A DNA stretch of 64,000 nt from Eledone cirrhosa (GCA_964016885.1 OZ024743.1:292702001-292766000); one strand, 5' to 3'; shown: positions 1 to 14,678, counted from the stretch's first letter. Notes: generated by a model not told the origin, from the letters alone. Made by a program: numbers and translations.

Positions 1-83
1 TATGCGGTTATGCCTAAGGGCAACAAGATACACAACCACCCGTAATTGCATGAGTAAATAGGTATCTATGTATGTATGATATG

Positions 84-189
<106 letters not shown>

Positions 190-1273
190 AGTGTCTATGT
201 GTGTGTGCAGATGTATGTGTGTGTACATACATATATATATATATATGTGTATGGGTGTGTATATGTATATATATATATATATATATATAAATATATATGT
301 ATATGATTGTGTGTACATATGTAGATGTATGTATATGTTTACATATATTTATGTGTATGAATGTTTTTAATTCAGTATCAATATAACTATGCTATGGATA
401 TATGCACTTTGTGATCTATGAAATTTATGCGTTTTGACTATATGTGAACATGCATTTATCTGAGTTTGATTATTTATACATGGACATACTTGAAAGTATT
501 TTAAGACTTATCATACGCTGTATTATACTATGTACAATTTACCACACCGTACTATATTATGTTACATTATATTATATTATTGATATTTCATTATCTTATT
601 ATAATTTTCCTCTTTTAATATACTATCTTTCCTGGTCATGACCTTAATTTATATTCACCTAAAAACTTCATATAACACAACTCAACATTTAATTTTTACA
701 CTCCTTTTAAACTTCACTCTACCATATACATTCAACTATCAATTTGACAATCCCCTTTACCTAATAGATTCTTTATAGCAATTCTATTGTTAACACCATT
801 CAACCATTCCTTTCAAAATGACATGACCTCAACTAAAGTGAATTATTTTTCATCTTAACATCATATGGAAAAAAATAATCTCATTGGTTTGTTCTTCAGC
901 TACCTCCAAATAAGATCATAGAACTCAATTTACTACTAATTTACTAATAATTTTGAATAAAATTCTCATTGCAGTTGGTGATATGCATGTAAGTAAATAT
1001 TTTCCTTATCTGATATTTTGTATCTAACCTTACATAGATCGATAACGAAGTATGGTTACGATGTATTATCATCATCTAGAAACGATCGTAAAACAGTGAA
1101 GTATATTTCTAATGACTTGATTTTTTATTTCATTGTTTTAACTTATATCATGACTCTGTTTTCCTTTTAATGCTTTATTGTTTTCCGGGATTTATTTTAA
1201 CCTACAACATTTTTAACATATGGATTACATTGAGTTCTTCATGCAGACTGGACCCCACAACTTACCGTGGATA

Positions 1274-1312
<39 letters not shown>

Positions 1313-1539
1313 CTATTTATGTATTTATTCCCCTAATTACACTAGCACTTAAATGTTTGAATATTGATTCGGTTGGATCCTCAAGTGAGACCAGCCGAAC
1401 TCATGGATGTTATTCAACAATCTTTCTCAGCGTCTACCCCAGGTCTCCTGTAGGATGGTTTTGCTCGTAAAATCTATCCAACGATTCTTGTCCGATGCCC
1501 ATATATCAATATTACCAGATCTGTGATCTCTCAATTCGG

Positions 1540-1760
1540 AGAAATAACGGCTCTACTTGGAGCGACTCTCTGATCGCGGAGCAACACACTCTATCGAGTA
1601 ACGTTACTCCAAAGACCCTTCGGCCACTTGTATTCGTGATCGTATTCTTTCGGTTATTACCCAAGATTCATGACCATAGGTAAGGGTCGACAGGACTACC
1701 AAATTGAAGATAGAGTTTTGGGCTTTTTCACCTACCTCCCTTCTTCTAACGAATGCTGTA
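1540..1760 (-). pseudogene. RTE-clade LINE reverse transcriptase C-terminal fragment
   Basis: The ORF 1604..1849 translation ends in VVLSTLTYGHESWVITERIRSRIQVAE, matching the RTE/Expander thumb motif LTYGxExW...RxRIQAxE. The rest of that ORF is (TA)n. Confidence 0.7.
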
Positions 1761-1764
1761 TATA

Positions 1765-1811
<47 letters not shown>

Positions 1812-1815
<4 letters not shown>

Positions 1816-2839
1816 TAAACGGAATAGAAAATGCTGACAAATTGTTCACAGTTGAAAAATGGTTTAATTAGGAATAAAAGAGTATTAGTGATTGTATGGG
1901 TTAGTATTCAGTTGTGGTTTTAAGATGTTTTTCATTTACTTGGATTGTCTTTTGCTCTTTATGATATCGTGTGTTCGTACAATTTGGTTCATTCTATGGT
2001 CCTTTTTCAATACAGGGATGTTCTGGAGGATGGTGTCAAAGGCCTCATTGTTGAGTGGGTTGTGTGTGGAGATGTATGGAAGAGCTTTTAGTTTTGGTTG
2101 ATTTACTTTAGGGTGTCTAAGGTCCTGGGTACTGAGTTTTAGGGCACGTTGGATTCCATTGTCAATTAGTGATGCAGGGTAGTCCCTGCCTATGAGTGTA
2201 TCCTTTAGTTCTTGTAGCCGTAAGTAGCAGATGTTTTTATTGGAGACTATAGTACAGATTCTCTTGGCTAAGTTGTAGGGAATATTAATTTTAACGTGTC
2301 TAGGGTGGCAAGAGTTGAAGGGGAGATATTGCTTGGAGTCTGTGGGCTTGTAGTATATGTCTGTTTCTATTTTTTTGTTATGGATCTTAATGAGGATGTC
2401 GAGGAAGGGGAGTTGTTGATGGCTGTATTCCATCGTGAAGTTAATATTTGTGTTGAGCCCATTTATAAGGGTGTGAAATTCTTTAAGTTTTTCGATGTTT
2501 TCGTGCCAAAGGATGAAGCAGTAAATCAACCAAAACTAAAAGCTCTTCCATACATCTCCACACACAACCCCCTCAACAATGAGGCCTTTGACACCATCCT
2601 CCAGAACATCCCTGTATTGAAAAAGGACCATAGAATGAACCAAATTCTACGAACACACGATATCATAAAGAGCAAAAGACAATCCAAGTCAATGAAAAAC
2701 ATCTTAAAACCACAACTGAATACTAACCCATACAATCACTAATACTCTTTTATTCCTAATTAAACTATTTTTCAACTGTGAACAATTTCTATTCCGTTTA
2801 CCAATATATAATAACTTGTGTGTTACACCTCTATTCTTT

Positions 2840-2843
<4 letters not shown>
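1812..2843. mobile_element. Internally deleted Neptune-type PLE with inverted arms (same family as 46418-52128)
   Basis: The minus arm 1812-2523 encodes the RT thumb (LPFLDI, DIYYKPTDSKQYL, SCHPRHVK) and is near-identical to 49910-50503. The plus arm 2521-2843 repeats the 3' part and carries the terminal tail ending ...ctattcttttaac. Both sides are flanked by (TA)n. Confidence 0.9.
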
Positions 2844-2931
<88 letters not shown>

Positions 2932-2972
2932 CGAAACATAAGTCAATTGCATGAACTCATAATCCTTTATTT

Positions 2973-3028
2973 ACTGCTATATATATTTCGATGATAGCCA
3001 TTGAATGGCTATGACCTCATCAGGCAGT
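2973..3028 (-). ncRNA. Type I hammerhead ribozyme
   Basis: Minus strand reads actgc-CTGATGA-ggtcatagccat(tca)atggctatcatc-GAAA-tatata-TA-gcagt. Stem I is actgc/gcagt and stem III is palindromic. Confidence 0.85.
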
Positions 3029-3258
3029 TAGTCAGTTCTTAGATATGCCAGCTCTGTGTGTATAGTGTTGATGGTATCAGAGCCTTGGGACATATGAGCT
3101 TGTTAGGAATATTTTGATGTTGTCAGCAGGAATAGTCTTGATTCTAATTGGTCAGTTTGTAGATGGTAGTAGATTGGTATTTGACCTCAAAGAGGCAGGT
3201 GGTTCTGTAGGGTTCAAACCATCAGGCAAGATGACAATAGTTCCACATGACTGACTTT

Positions 3259-3298
<40 letters not shown>

Positions 3299-3678
3299 AA
3301 ATTTCTTTAAGTCGTTTGGAAGCCTCGACAATGCAGATGGGTAAATCTCCGGGTAACAAGATCCGGTGGTGGAGAGAGAGATGTAAGTGGGTGTACATGT
3401 GCAATACTACCTTAATGCTTGATATTGCACGCCAGAAAAGTAACTGATGAAATAAAGATACAGCTCTCTGTTCGTATGATGGAACTGTGTGCATTTTCTG
3501 CTTATACTGTATATATAGGTTTGTGTGTATGTGTTTCTATGTATATGATTGTTTGTATGTACGTATGCACAAATATATTTAGTGTATGCATACAGAGGCT
3601 CAAACACAAAGACACACATGAGCAGATAACTAAGTCTCACACATACACACACACACACACACACGCACACACGCACAC

Positions 3679-3841
<163 letters not shown>

Positions 3842-3877
3842 TATATAAGATCAAAAGACGGTTAAAAGAATTCCAAG

Positions 3878-3948
3878 TATTTTATTATACGCATTTCAAA
3901 AACAAATATCATCATGAGATGATATCTGCGTTTTCATCAGATAAAATA
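3878..3948 (-). ncRNA. Type I hammerhead ribozyme (inverted-arm copy)
   Basis: tattttat-CTGATGA-aaacgcagatatcatc(tcat)gatgatatttgttttt-GAAA-tgcgta-TA-ataaaata. Confidence 0.85.
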
Positions 3949-4066
3949 GGGATACATGATATGAAGGTTAAAAAACACTTGTGAATAGTGAAGTTTTAAA
4001 TCAACATATGGTGATTTAAAACTTCACTATTCACAAGTGTTTTTTAAACTTCATATCATGTATCCC

Positions 4067-4137
4067 TATTTTATCTGATGAAAACGCAGATATTATCTCA
4101 TGATGATATTTGTTTTTGAAATCCGTATAATAAAATA
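4067..4137 (+). ncRNA. Type I hammerhead ribozyme
   Basis: tattttat-CTGATGA-long stem II-GAAA-tccgta-TA-ataaaata, with an 8-bp stem I. Confidence 0.8.
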
Positions 4138-4262
4138 CTTGAAACTCTTTTAACCATCTTTTGATCTTATATTATTTATACTCCAGTCCTACAAACTGTA
4201 GAGTGCTACTTATCCGATATTTGAATTGCTTTATTGTGCTACAATAAAAACTAATCTCCTAC

Positions 4263-4336
<74 letters not shown>

Positions 4337-4754
4337 GAAGAATTAAATCTGCAAAAACAGAACCATCATCATCACAATCGTCATGACAGCAAGTAATATC
4401 TTCATCCATAACATTACACCACCCCAATCAACACCACCATTGCTACCATAAAATACTTACTATTACCATTATATCACCTCTCCAATTGCTCTAAAGATAT
4501 TTCTGGATCACTAATTCATCAATTTGCCACAATATTCGTCAACTAACGAGTCCCCCTGATTCAATTTTCGCTGGCTTTCTTTCTGCTAAGAGATTCATTA
4601 TACGCCATTTTGTTCTCTTGCAATTTCCTTTTCACTCGTCTTACGCAATTTCTCACTCGATGTATATATATATATATATATGGGGTACGTTTACGTGCGG
4701 GCTTTTCTGCATGCGTGTGAACGCGTAGAGCGTGTGCAAGTATATATATGCGTG

Positions 4755-4867
<113 letters not shown>

Positions 4868-5577
4868 TCATATATTCATAGGCATGCATACATACAAGTG
4901 TACATAGATATAAATATACATAAACATATTTACATATATACATGCATACATACATACATACATTCATACATACATACATACATACATACATACATACATA
5001 CATACATACAAACATACATACATCCATACATACATACATACATACATACATACATACATACATACATACATACATACATACATACATACATACAGACATA
5101 CATGGTTGCATACATACACAATTACCTTCTTGCCAAGATAGTGTCTGTATATATTTTATTACTTAGAAAAGACGTAAATCCTTTATAAACGTTTTTTTTT
5201 TATCTTCGTTTTTTCTTTTTATTTTGCATCGATGTTAAAAAATAGGATGATATAATTACATATGCAAGCATATATACAAACTCACACACGCGCACACACT
5301 CACCCTCCATATATATATATAAAATATATATATATATATAGTAATAATAATACATATATATATATTTTAATAAATATATATATATATATATATATCCATG
5401 TATATATACATGTAAAGAAAGTCAATGTATATATACAAATGTGCTCATAAGATCATATATAGATTATTATCTCTATGGGGGACTGATTGTGTTAAATAAG
5501 TTATAAATATATACATAAAGAAACCAATATATACGCGTGTATAATGCGATCTACACACATTCAAACACACAAATATA

Positions 5578-5670
<93 letters not shown>

Positions 5671-7681
5671 GTATATATATATATATATATTATATATATA
5701 TATGGGTATATATATATATATATATATATATATTTGGGTGTGAGTCTAGCGTGAATGTGTGTTTGTGCATGCGTATGTAGGCCTTCTACTATGAAGAGTT
5801 TTTTTGTATTTTCTTTTGTTTTTTCTTTTGGTTTTATAAAACGCAAGTAAATAAAATTTATCTGAAAGACATTGCGGCTACGAGATGTATTAATACGATA
5901 TAATGAAACCTTTATTGATAGTACTAAGTCCGGGATCCTGCGGTAAATTGTGGAGGAGACTATAATTTGCAGAGAAGATTGAAACAATATATCTGGTAAA
6001 GAATAGGAGATTAAATCTAGATGAAGGTGCAACAAAATCCTTTTGGCTTTTTTTTTTTCTTTTCAGATCGTATTATCCTCTCCTTCCTATACATCGTATA
6101 ATAGAATATAAACCTATGAATACATAACGTATATCGTGGATTGTGTGGATCGTTCTATCATCGTTTGTTATGTGGATTATGTTGTCTTTTGTTTTCTGGG
6201 GGTTTTGGGGGGATGGGATTCATTTGTGTGAGATCTATCATATTCTGTATCGTTGGAGGCCTGTGGGTGGGAACTGAAAATTCTGAGATCGTTGTACCTT
6301 TGGAGGCTAGCTTAATGGTTAAGAATTCCGATTCATAATTATGAGGTCTTTGGTTTGATCCCACTTTATGGCATTTTTAGCAAGTGTCTTTTTTGCAATA
6401 GCCTTGAGACGACACAGGCGTTGCGGATGAAATTAGGTAGATGAAACCGTTTGGAATATACACCTACTAACGCTAATAATTCAAGATGGATTATACATGT
6501 AAATAAAAGCACCACCTTGCAACACATTTTTCACCCTGTATTTCCCTGTTAATGGTTCACGTGTCTGTGGCATACTGACAGACTAATAATGATAATACGT
6601 GTTAAATCATTCATATAATTCAATAAGCTAACCTTCTCATAATCTGTTGCCACGCTGAATCTCCCTAAGAATTATGTGTTGCGTACACACGTATATAGAT
6701 TACTAAGTTACATACATATTAATTTAACGTGTAGGCGGTCGATTGACCAAATAATGCACCCATCGTCGAAATCGACGGAAATCCATTCACGCACATGGTA
6801 GGTGTCAACTCGCTCAGTAATTTAACTAATCGATTTTACAATGCTACCTCTGACATTTTCCTATCCTCCAGTTTCTGTTGTTAATGTTAGCTCCAGATGA
6901 GACCCGAAGAATCAGACCGTTGACACTCTCTTGTTTTAATTAGAGAGGATCTAGCGCTGTTGTTTGGTGAATATCTCTATAATTCAATGCATCCTCCTAT
7001 CTATTCTGTTCTGAAAGTTTGTGATTTGAAGGCGATCTGATTGCTATATCTTGTAGATCGAGGAACTTTGTAGAAGATTTCTCATTGAGATCTTTTTGCT
7101 TTATAGTTTTAGTTCATTTTTGCACCGAATCTATGAATTCTTTGTGCGTTCTGTGATTAGATAGAAACGTGTTAATTATGCTTCGCTGGCAAGGTCCAAT
7201 TAGACTGAAATATATCACCATAGCTACCAACCATCAGAAGTCCATAGATATGCTTTATTTAATTTAGATTTTCAATGTTATTTATTGTGTTTTTGTGTAA
7301 CAGGAAGTTTCATTAAAGCTAATGAATATGTGTTGCATTACAATTATAATTGCAATAGACTGAAGCTTCTTAGTGGTTATGCTTGGAACAGATTTAATCG
7401 CGGTTGAATAACAACATTGATATAAACTAGTTAATCTTGTTGTTATATTTTAAATATACTATAGTTAGATTAGAAATACTATAAAACATTTATCATTGAT
7501 TCCTTACAAAAACAGAATTCATCTGATTTATATGAGCAAAAAAATATTAAATCGTATGTTAATCACATTTTTCTCTGAGAAAGCGAGAAATCATTTGAAT
7601 CGAGAATCAAATTGTAGTTCATGAAATTGAAAGGATTGATGATATTCTAATCCATATTGGATCAACCCTGAACTCTAAATA

Positions 7682-7880
7682 CGAGGGTGAGCTGAAATGT
7701 TCACGGCTGACTATTAAGGAGTGATGCCAAAGCTGTGAAATCTTGCATGCATTAGTTTCAACTTTTCTTATTAATAACTGCATTGGGGGGGGGGCACTCA
7801 GGGTCTAACTATGTTGAAAAATGACCCTCATTTGGTCATTTCACGAGAGTACATTGGTCAACCTTTGAAATTGACCCTCG
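7682..7880. mobile_element. Tc1/mariner-type MITE
   Basis: TA|CGAGGGTGAG...TTGACCCTCG|TA imperfect TIRs with a TA target duplication. A reverse-complement fragment of the same family lies at ~29270-29365. Confidence 0.75.
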
Positions 7881-8264
7881 TATGATTTGATCTTTTCTAT
7901 ACATATGTCCAATTACCAGGTGAAAACATTTCCACCATATTTCCAATTGAATCTAACATCCTGTATATTCTGTACCAAACACGTAAGTTATGATCTATTT
8001 TCTGCACTATATGTACGTGTATGGATATATATGTATATGCATATTTCTGTATATGTACATCACGGGCATATATATGTGTTGGGTGTACATGTGTATTTTA
8101 CCGTATTTGGTTACAGATATGAATTTAATTAAATAACTATACATGTATCCACTTGACTGAATATATATATATAAGCATGCATGGAAAGATATATGTATTT
8201 TATGCTGACATGTAAGTTATATATACGCATGTATTATCCACATATGTGCAAATGCGTATGTAAA

Positions 8265-8332
<68 letters not shown>

Positions 8333-8628
8333 AGTTCTGTAAATGTAAATTAACATCTTTTCAAAATGGCGTGCATGTCCATGCTCACATTGTTATACAT
8401 ACGAGTAGGAAATACTATGTACATTTATATATATTGTTTTGTTTTTATTTGCTATGTTTATACTCTTCTATTTTAACATATTCCTATGTTCTCATAATCC
8501 ATTCACTTTACTCATTATTTCTGATCATACAACCATTATATAACAACTATTATATGAATTGTATACATCTGTTTATATATTTATTAGATATATATGTATA
8601 TATATTTATTAGATATATATGTATATAT

Positions 8629-8660
<32 letters not shown>

Positions 8661-8706
8661 AATATATATATGTATATATATACATATAAATATATATATA
8701 TATATA

Positions 8707-8763
<57 letters not shown>

Positions 8764-8809
8764 ATATATATATATATATATATAAACATATATATATATA
8801 TATATAAAC

Positions 8810-8857
<48 letters not shown>

Positions 8858-9593
8858 TTATACCAATTATTTAACCAATTATTAAATGATTGTTAAACAA
8901 TAATTTATAATTTACACTTTATATATTTATACTTTTTTATATATTTATGTATAAATTGAACATTCAAGTAGTTTTATATTCACATATTTCTGAATTTGGT
9001 GCATTCATAGACTTCTAAATTCGTGATTTATACGTTCATATATATATAAATAATTTTTGCATATCTATTGTATAGGCACTGATGCAAATTAATATGCGTA
9101 TACGTATGTATGATCACACACATATGTGCGTGACTATAAGCATATAATCTGTTAGGAGGAATCTATTGGTTTGCACGCGCATGAAATGAGAGTGAGTGCG
9201 AATATGTGCGGACTCAGACAATTGAGTGAATCTATGTACATGTAACTGTGGATAATGTATGCATGTGTGTTTCCATAGATGCGTGCATGTTAGTATGTAT
9301 GTATATACGTATATTTATCCCACCTCCATTCGGTAGTTTCCTTCGTTTTTTCCTCTTTCCCTTTTTTCTCTTTCTTCCTCTCTCTTCTCTATCTTATCTT
9401 TTCCTCCCCTCAGGGCCTTTTGATTGATAATAGGGCTTGGGTGCGCTGCTGGTGGATTTCAATGTACTGTTTTAAGCGCCGAAACATCTATGATCTGCAG
9501 TTAACAGCTGATAAAGTGTTTCTTCTCTTGTTTCGTCCATATTACCATCTTAAACTTTGTTTACAGTAACCACACAGCCTGCTTCGATTCTTA

Positions 9594-9666
<73 letters not shown>

Positions 9667-9715
9667 TGTGTGTGTGTGTGTGTGCATGCTCCTCTGATGT
9701 GTGGTCTACCTGGCC

Positions 9716-9798
<83 letters not shown>

Positions 9799-10290
9799 GA
9801 CACACACACACAAACACATACACACACGCGCGCGCTACTGGCGTGGTGGTGGGACGATGTGGTTTTTTAAACCACGTGGTTTTTGCCGTTATTCCCTAAT
9901 TTGCTTTTAGTGTGTAGTCATAGATAGTTAAATTTTCTCTTTGCCGATGATCCAAGATTTGACACCTATGATTCACCGATTAATGGTGAAATATATTTCT
10001 TCAGTGGAATATTTAGAAAGGAGATTAATCATTATTGCAATGCATCTATATTCAAGGTTCTTGTTAATTTTTAATCTGTTACCTCCGTATCTATGTGTGT
10101 TTACACTCTTTACAGATTGTCCCCTGTAATTGTTTGATGTGTTTATTTTACATACATATGTCATTCGACTTTTAATCTAATGTTAATAAATGCTCGGATT
10201 TACTACTTGGAATCTTTGAGCTTATTCCAGAGGTGGCATGGCGCATGCTTCTGATATTCTCAGACATGATATCTTTAATCTAATTTGGGT

Positions 10291-10326
<36 letters not shown>

Positions 10327-10963
10327 AACACGCACACATACGAGGGTTGGTATATATATACATATCATCATACCGCATCTTTGCTTCAACTTTTAAACCA
10401 CATCGTACAAATTGAGGCCTCTTCCGTTTTTTACATATTGTTTTAAAATCTTTTCAAATAAAAAGTTTCACAAAAATCTCTCACGCCCTTTTTTTAAATA
10501 ATGAGATTTGATCGGAATGGAATCAAGTAAACGTATCCAATGGATAACTGGCTTTGCTAAACCAGGTGAAGAGTTAAGTCTACCACTAGGTAAGCCACGT
10601 TTGTTTCTGAATTAAAAATGTAAAACGGATTATATAGCTTAATCCATCTCGTTCAAGGCACTTATAATTCCACCAATCCAGAACCTTGGAATAGCACATG
10701 TTTTTATTCATCCCGAAAGAATGGTAGGCAAATCTTTCCTCGGGGAGATTTAAGATCAGAACACAGGAACCCAGTGTGGATATATAATTTACAGGAAAAC
10801 ATAGTAATTTCACATTATAGGACAACAAATTCATTTGAAAATTTGCGGAAATTACTTATTCTGAATGATTTCCGAAATAAGTATAAAACATTTATGAAAT
10901 AAATGATCAAAGATATATATAATTTCCCTCACTCACTAGAATAGACAGTAATTAATTTTACAT

Positions 10964-11012
<49 letters not shown>

Positions 11013-11015
<3 letters not shown>

Positions 11016-11266
11016 AAAATTAAGATAAATTAAATTAAATTAAATTAAGGGTGTCATGCCGGATAGACATGCGCCATATCATATCACCCGTAAAATATGC
11101 TCCAAGATTCTAATGAATAGAACCGACCATTTTATATCAACTAGAAATTGATTGACATATAAATAAACATATGAAACAATCACAGGGGATAATTTGCAAA
11201 CACACATAGCTAGGTAGGTAACTAAATAAAGTTTAACTAGAGCTTCAAAAATAGATACCTTATAAA
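11013..11266 (-). repeat. Interspersed (TA)n-associated repeat, probably a PLE 3' end
   Basis: Homologous in reverse orientation to ~10060-10292 (ctatgtgtgttt...cccctgt..ttgttt...ggcgcatg) and to ~26721-26835. The 3' end abuts (TA)n. Confidence 0.6.
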
Positions 11267-11461
11267 GTAAAATTAATTACTGTCTATTCTAGTGAGTGAG
11301 GGAAATTATATAAATCTTTGATCATTTATTTCATAATCTGTGTTTCATATGTTTATTTATATGTCAGTCAATTTCTAGTTGATATATATATATATATATT
11401 TGTATGTAAAATTAATTTTCATATATATATATATATATATATGAAATATATATATATATAT

Positions 11462-11765
11462 GAATGTATATATATATGAATGTATATATAGTGTATTTTG
11501 CAATACACTGTATGCTTAATTAAAAGCATTTTGAAGACCTTACGCTATTGTTTTAAAGTAGTCACAATGTCACTTACTTCTATTTTCAGCAAACAAGGGG
11601 AGATAAGCTGACAAAGTTCTGTTTCGTATTGTTGTTGTACTTATCAAGGCTCAGCACTCCTCCTGCCTGCTGAAAATTATGAATGTTGGATTCTTATAGA
11701 ATTCCAGTAATAATGCTTTTAATTAAGCATACAGTGTATTGCAAAATATACTACATATACATTCA
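11462..11765 (-). mobile_element. Short PLE-type fold-back element with HHR
   Basis: Arm ~11475-11530 is inverted at 11712-11765, and the same terminus recurs at ~14549-14615. An HHR lies between the arms. Confidence 0.7.
11605..11652 (-). ncRNA. Type I hammerhead ribozyme, U3:A8 core variant
   Basis: gagcc-TTGATAA-gta(caacaacaa)tac-GAAA-cagaactttg-TC-agctt, with a GUC cleavage triplet. Confidence 0.7.
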
Positions 11766-11961
11766 TATATATATATATATACGTATATATATATATATGT
11801 GTGTAGCGTTAACAAAGTGTGTGTGGGTGGTTATATCCGAAGTAGGTAGAGCTCTCAGTCCAAAAGACGAATTCGTTACACAGTTAGCTCCACAATAAAT
11901 TAGCAAACCATACTGGAGAATTCCCGTTTCATGGGACGGATTTTCAACCTGTTGTGGAACT

Positions 11962-12044
<83 letters not shown>

Positions 12045-12126
12045 TCTCTCTCTCTCTCTCGCTCTCTCACTCACTCTCTCTCTCCTTCTATCTCTATCTC
12101 TCTCTCTCACGCACACACACAAATAC

Positions 12127-12166
<40 letters not shown>

Positions 12167-12360
12167 AAAAAAGGAAAAGAATTACTTCAGTTGTAGTTCT
12201 AAAAAATTTGATGTAATTTTATAATATTTACCAACTCATAATATTATAATATAAAATTAAATCAAATTGTTTATTGAAGTCATTCTTTTCCTTTTTTCTA
12301 ATATACCTAATTGTACCAAGGATTTCACACATTTTCCAATATATTTTATATATATATGAA

Positions 12361-12425
<65 letters not shown>

Positions 12426-12529
12426 TGGGAAGGATAGAGGAGAAACAGAGATGTATATATAGTTTATTTGTCTGTAATATTTAGTTACTGACGTTTCACC
12501 AGGTTTATTATTATTATTATTATTATTAT

Positions 12530-12722
12530 TAATAATTGTTTCTACTTTAGGCACAAGGCCAGCAAATACCCAGTTCATTACTGGTACTTTATTTTATCGA
12601 CCCCGTAACGATGAAAGGCAAAGTCAACCTCGGCGGGATTTGAACTCAGATCGTAAAGGGACGTAACTATGCTGGAAAGCATGGCGTCCGACCCTCTACC
12701 GATACTGCCAATCAACCGCCCT
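12530..12722 (-). mobile_element. tRNA-derived SINE, full length
   Basis: Minus strand reads ggcggttgat-TGGCAGTATCGG (A box)...GAGTTCAAATCCC (B box), then the central gcctttcatc..gggtcgataaaat..gtaccagt segment (CORE-like) and an attatt tail. Confidence 0.85.
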
Positions 12723-12746
12723 TATATATTATTATTATTATTAATT

Positions 12747-12905
12747 ATGCTTTCCAGCATAGTTACGTCCCTTTACGATCTGAGTTCAAATCCCGCCGAG
12801 GTTGACTTTGCCTTTCATCCTTACGGGGTCGATAAAATAAAGTACCAGTAATGCACTGGATAATTGCTGGCCTTGTGCCTAAAGTAGAAACAATTATTAT
12901 TAATA
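12747..12905 (+). mobile_element. tRNA-derived SINE, 5'-truncated, inverted relative to its neighbour
   Basis: Near-identical reverse complement of 12530-12682. Confidence 0.85.
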
Positions 12906-13600
12906 ATAATATATATTTATGTATGTGTGTGTGTATGTTTGTAAGTATCTATGTATGTATGTATTTATATATGCATGTGTGTGTATTGTGTATGAGTGGC
13001 TGTAAATTGTTATGTATAAGCACGCAGCTGGAGAGCAACATGCGAAACACATTATATATGAAACAAAAAAAGTTATTACAATAAAAATCTTAACAAAATA
13101 TTCAATAAATCCGTTGATTCTTTGAAGAATATTATTTCAAGATACTTTCCACAAAATTTTGTTCTGAGTCAACTTTTATTTCAATAAAATATTAAACTAT
13201 TTCTTTCTGAAATTGTATTTCTTCTGAATGATTTGAGTTTTAACTTGAGGAAAAACGAACAGATATTAATATGAAATAAAAAAAAGAGGCATCGCGTACA
13301 TCTACATAAATAGCTGTGTCTGACTTGTTAATATTTGTTGGTGGTTTTCCCTTTATTCATTCATTTGTTTGCTTCTCTTTATGTCTCTCTCTCTCTCACA
13401 CACACTATTATTCTCTCTCACTATCTCTCTCAATTTTTCACTCTCTCTCTCTCTCATCTTTTTTCTTCTTTTATTCACCTTTGTTTTTAAAATGCAATAA
13501 CAATAAAGAGGTGTTAAAAATAATTTCAAACGAAAGATAAAAGGGAATTTCTAATACAACTATCAATATTATAATCTAACCTTACATGTGATATATACGA

Positions 13601-13698
<98 letters not shown>

Positions 13699-14611
13699 GT
13701 GTGTGCGTGTGTGTATTAGATGTATATATGTGATGTGTGTGTGTGTCCATGTGTAGTTATGAGCAGGTATGTCTATATATTTAAGAAGCTTCCTTTGCAG
13801 CAACGATGATTCGAGTTCAATTTGGGTAATTGACCTAAGCAGCCGAAGTGTACGATAAAATTATATTTGTATATGTAGAATATATCTAGGTAGTGGATGA
13901 CTGAGACTGCGACAATGTGTATATAAATATACACCTTTATATATGTAGGCATGTAAACATCCGAACCATACGATTTTCTCTGTAAATTGAAAAAAATGCA
14001 GGAATTTTAGCACCTAGTTGGGTCCTCATCTAATAACCAACTTTTCACTATCTTATCAATGTATGTTTGAGACACGTTGGCTGAGAAGTTCAGGCGGGAG
14101 CGAAAATATTTATTTTCTAATCTCCTGCCACCACGTAAATTTGTAAATCGGTGGGTGATCGGGGGACGGAGTTGTATTAGATTCCAGTTGTTAATAATTT
14201 TACTGTGTCGGCCGTCACATATAGTGATAACCGGTATGGACTGGGGCTGAACTCTGTCGATCGATTGGTTATTGATTAGGCGATACCCGCTGATAAACAC
14301 ACATATGCTGATTCTGCATTGTTGCATAATATATGCAGACAGGGGGTGCAGTGCACCATATTTCTGCATTAAGTGTGGCCGAAACTCGAGTCCGGGAACT
14401 AATATAGGCACCCGTTTACGTATGTTGTATTGAAGCGAATAACTATGTGATACTCTGGAATGTATTCTACAATATCTATTGAGTACGCTGAAATGCAACC
14501 GGTCCTGGCATTGTTAAATATGCCGGGTCCGTCAACTTCTTATTATACATAAGGTCTTCAAAATGCTTTTAATTAAGCATACAGTGTATTGCAAAATACA
14601 CTATATATACA

Positions 14612-14678
<67 letters not shown>

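Larger units (their letters stand above)
3843..4262 (+). mobile_element. Short non-coding PLE-type fold-back element
   Basis: Inverted arms ~3843-4003 and ~4012-4171, then a ~90-nt unpaired 3' tail with AATAAA. (TA)n lies on both sides. The HHR and tail resemble the 53737/62560 family. Confidence 0.85.

Noticed and set aside
3440-3490. CTGATGA at ~3446; similar partial cores at ~5862 and ~15563
   Set aside because: No properly placed stem II plus GAAA or closing stem I.
9420-9500. TTGATAA...GAAACATCTATGATC HHR-like motif
   Set aside because: No stem I and an imperfect stem III. At best a heavily decayed ribozyme.
12610-12722. tRNA gene
   Set aside because: A and B boxes are present but there is no cloverleaf, and the sequence continues into a multi-copy SINE body.
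14007-14498. 163-aa non-repetitive ORF
   Set aside because: Non-ATG start, no recognisable domain, and it lies next to a repeat terminus. Probably non-coding element sequence.
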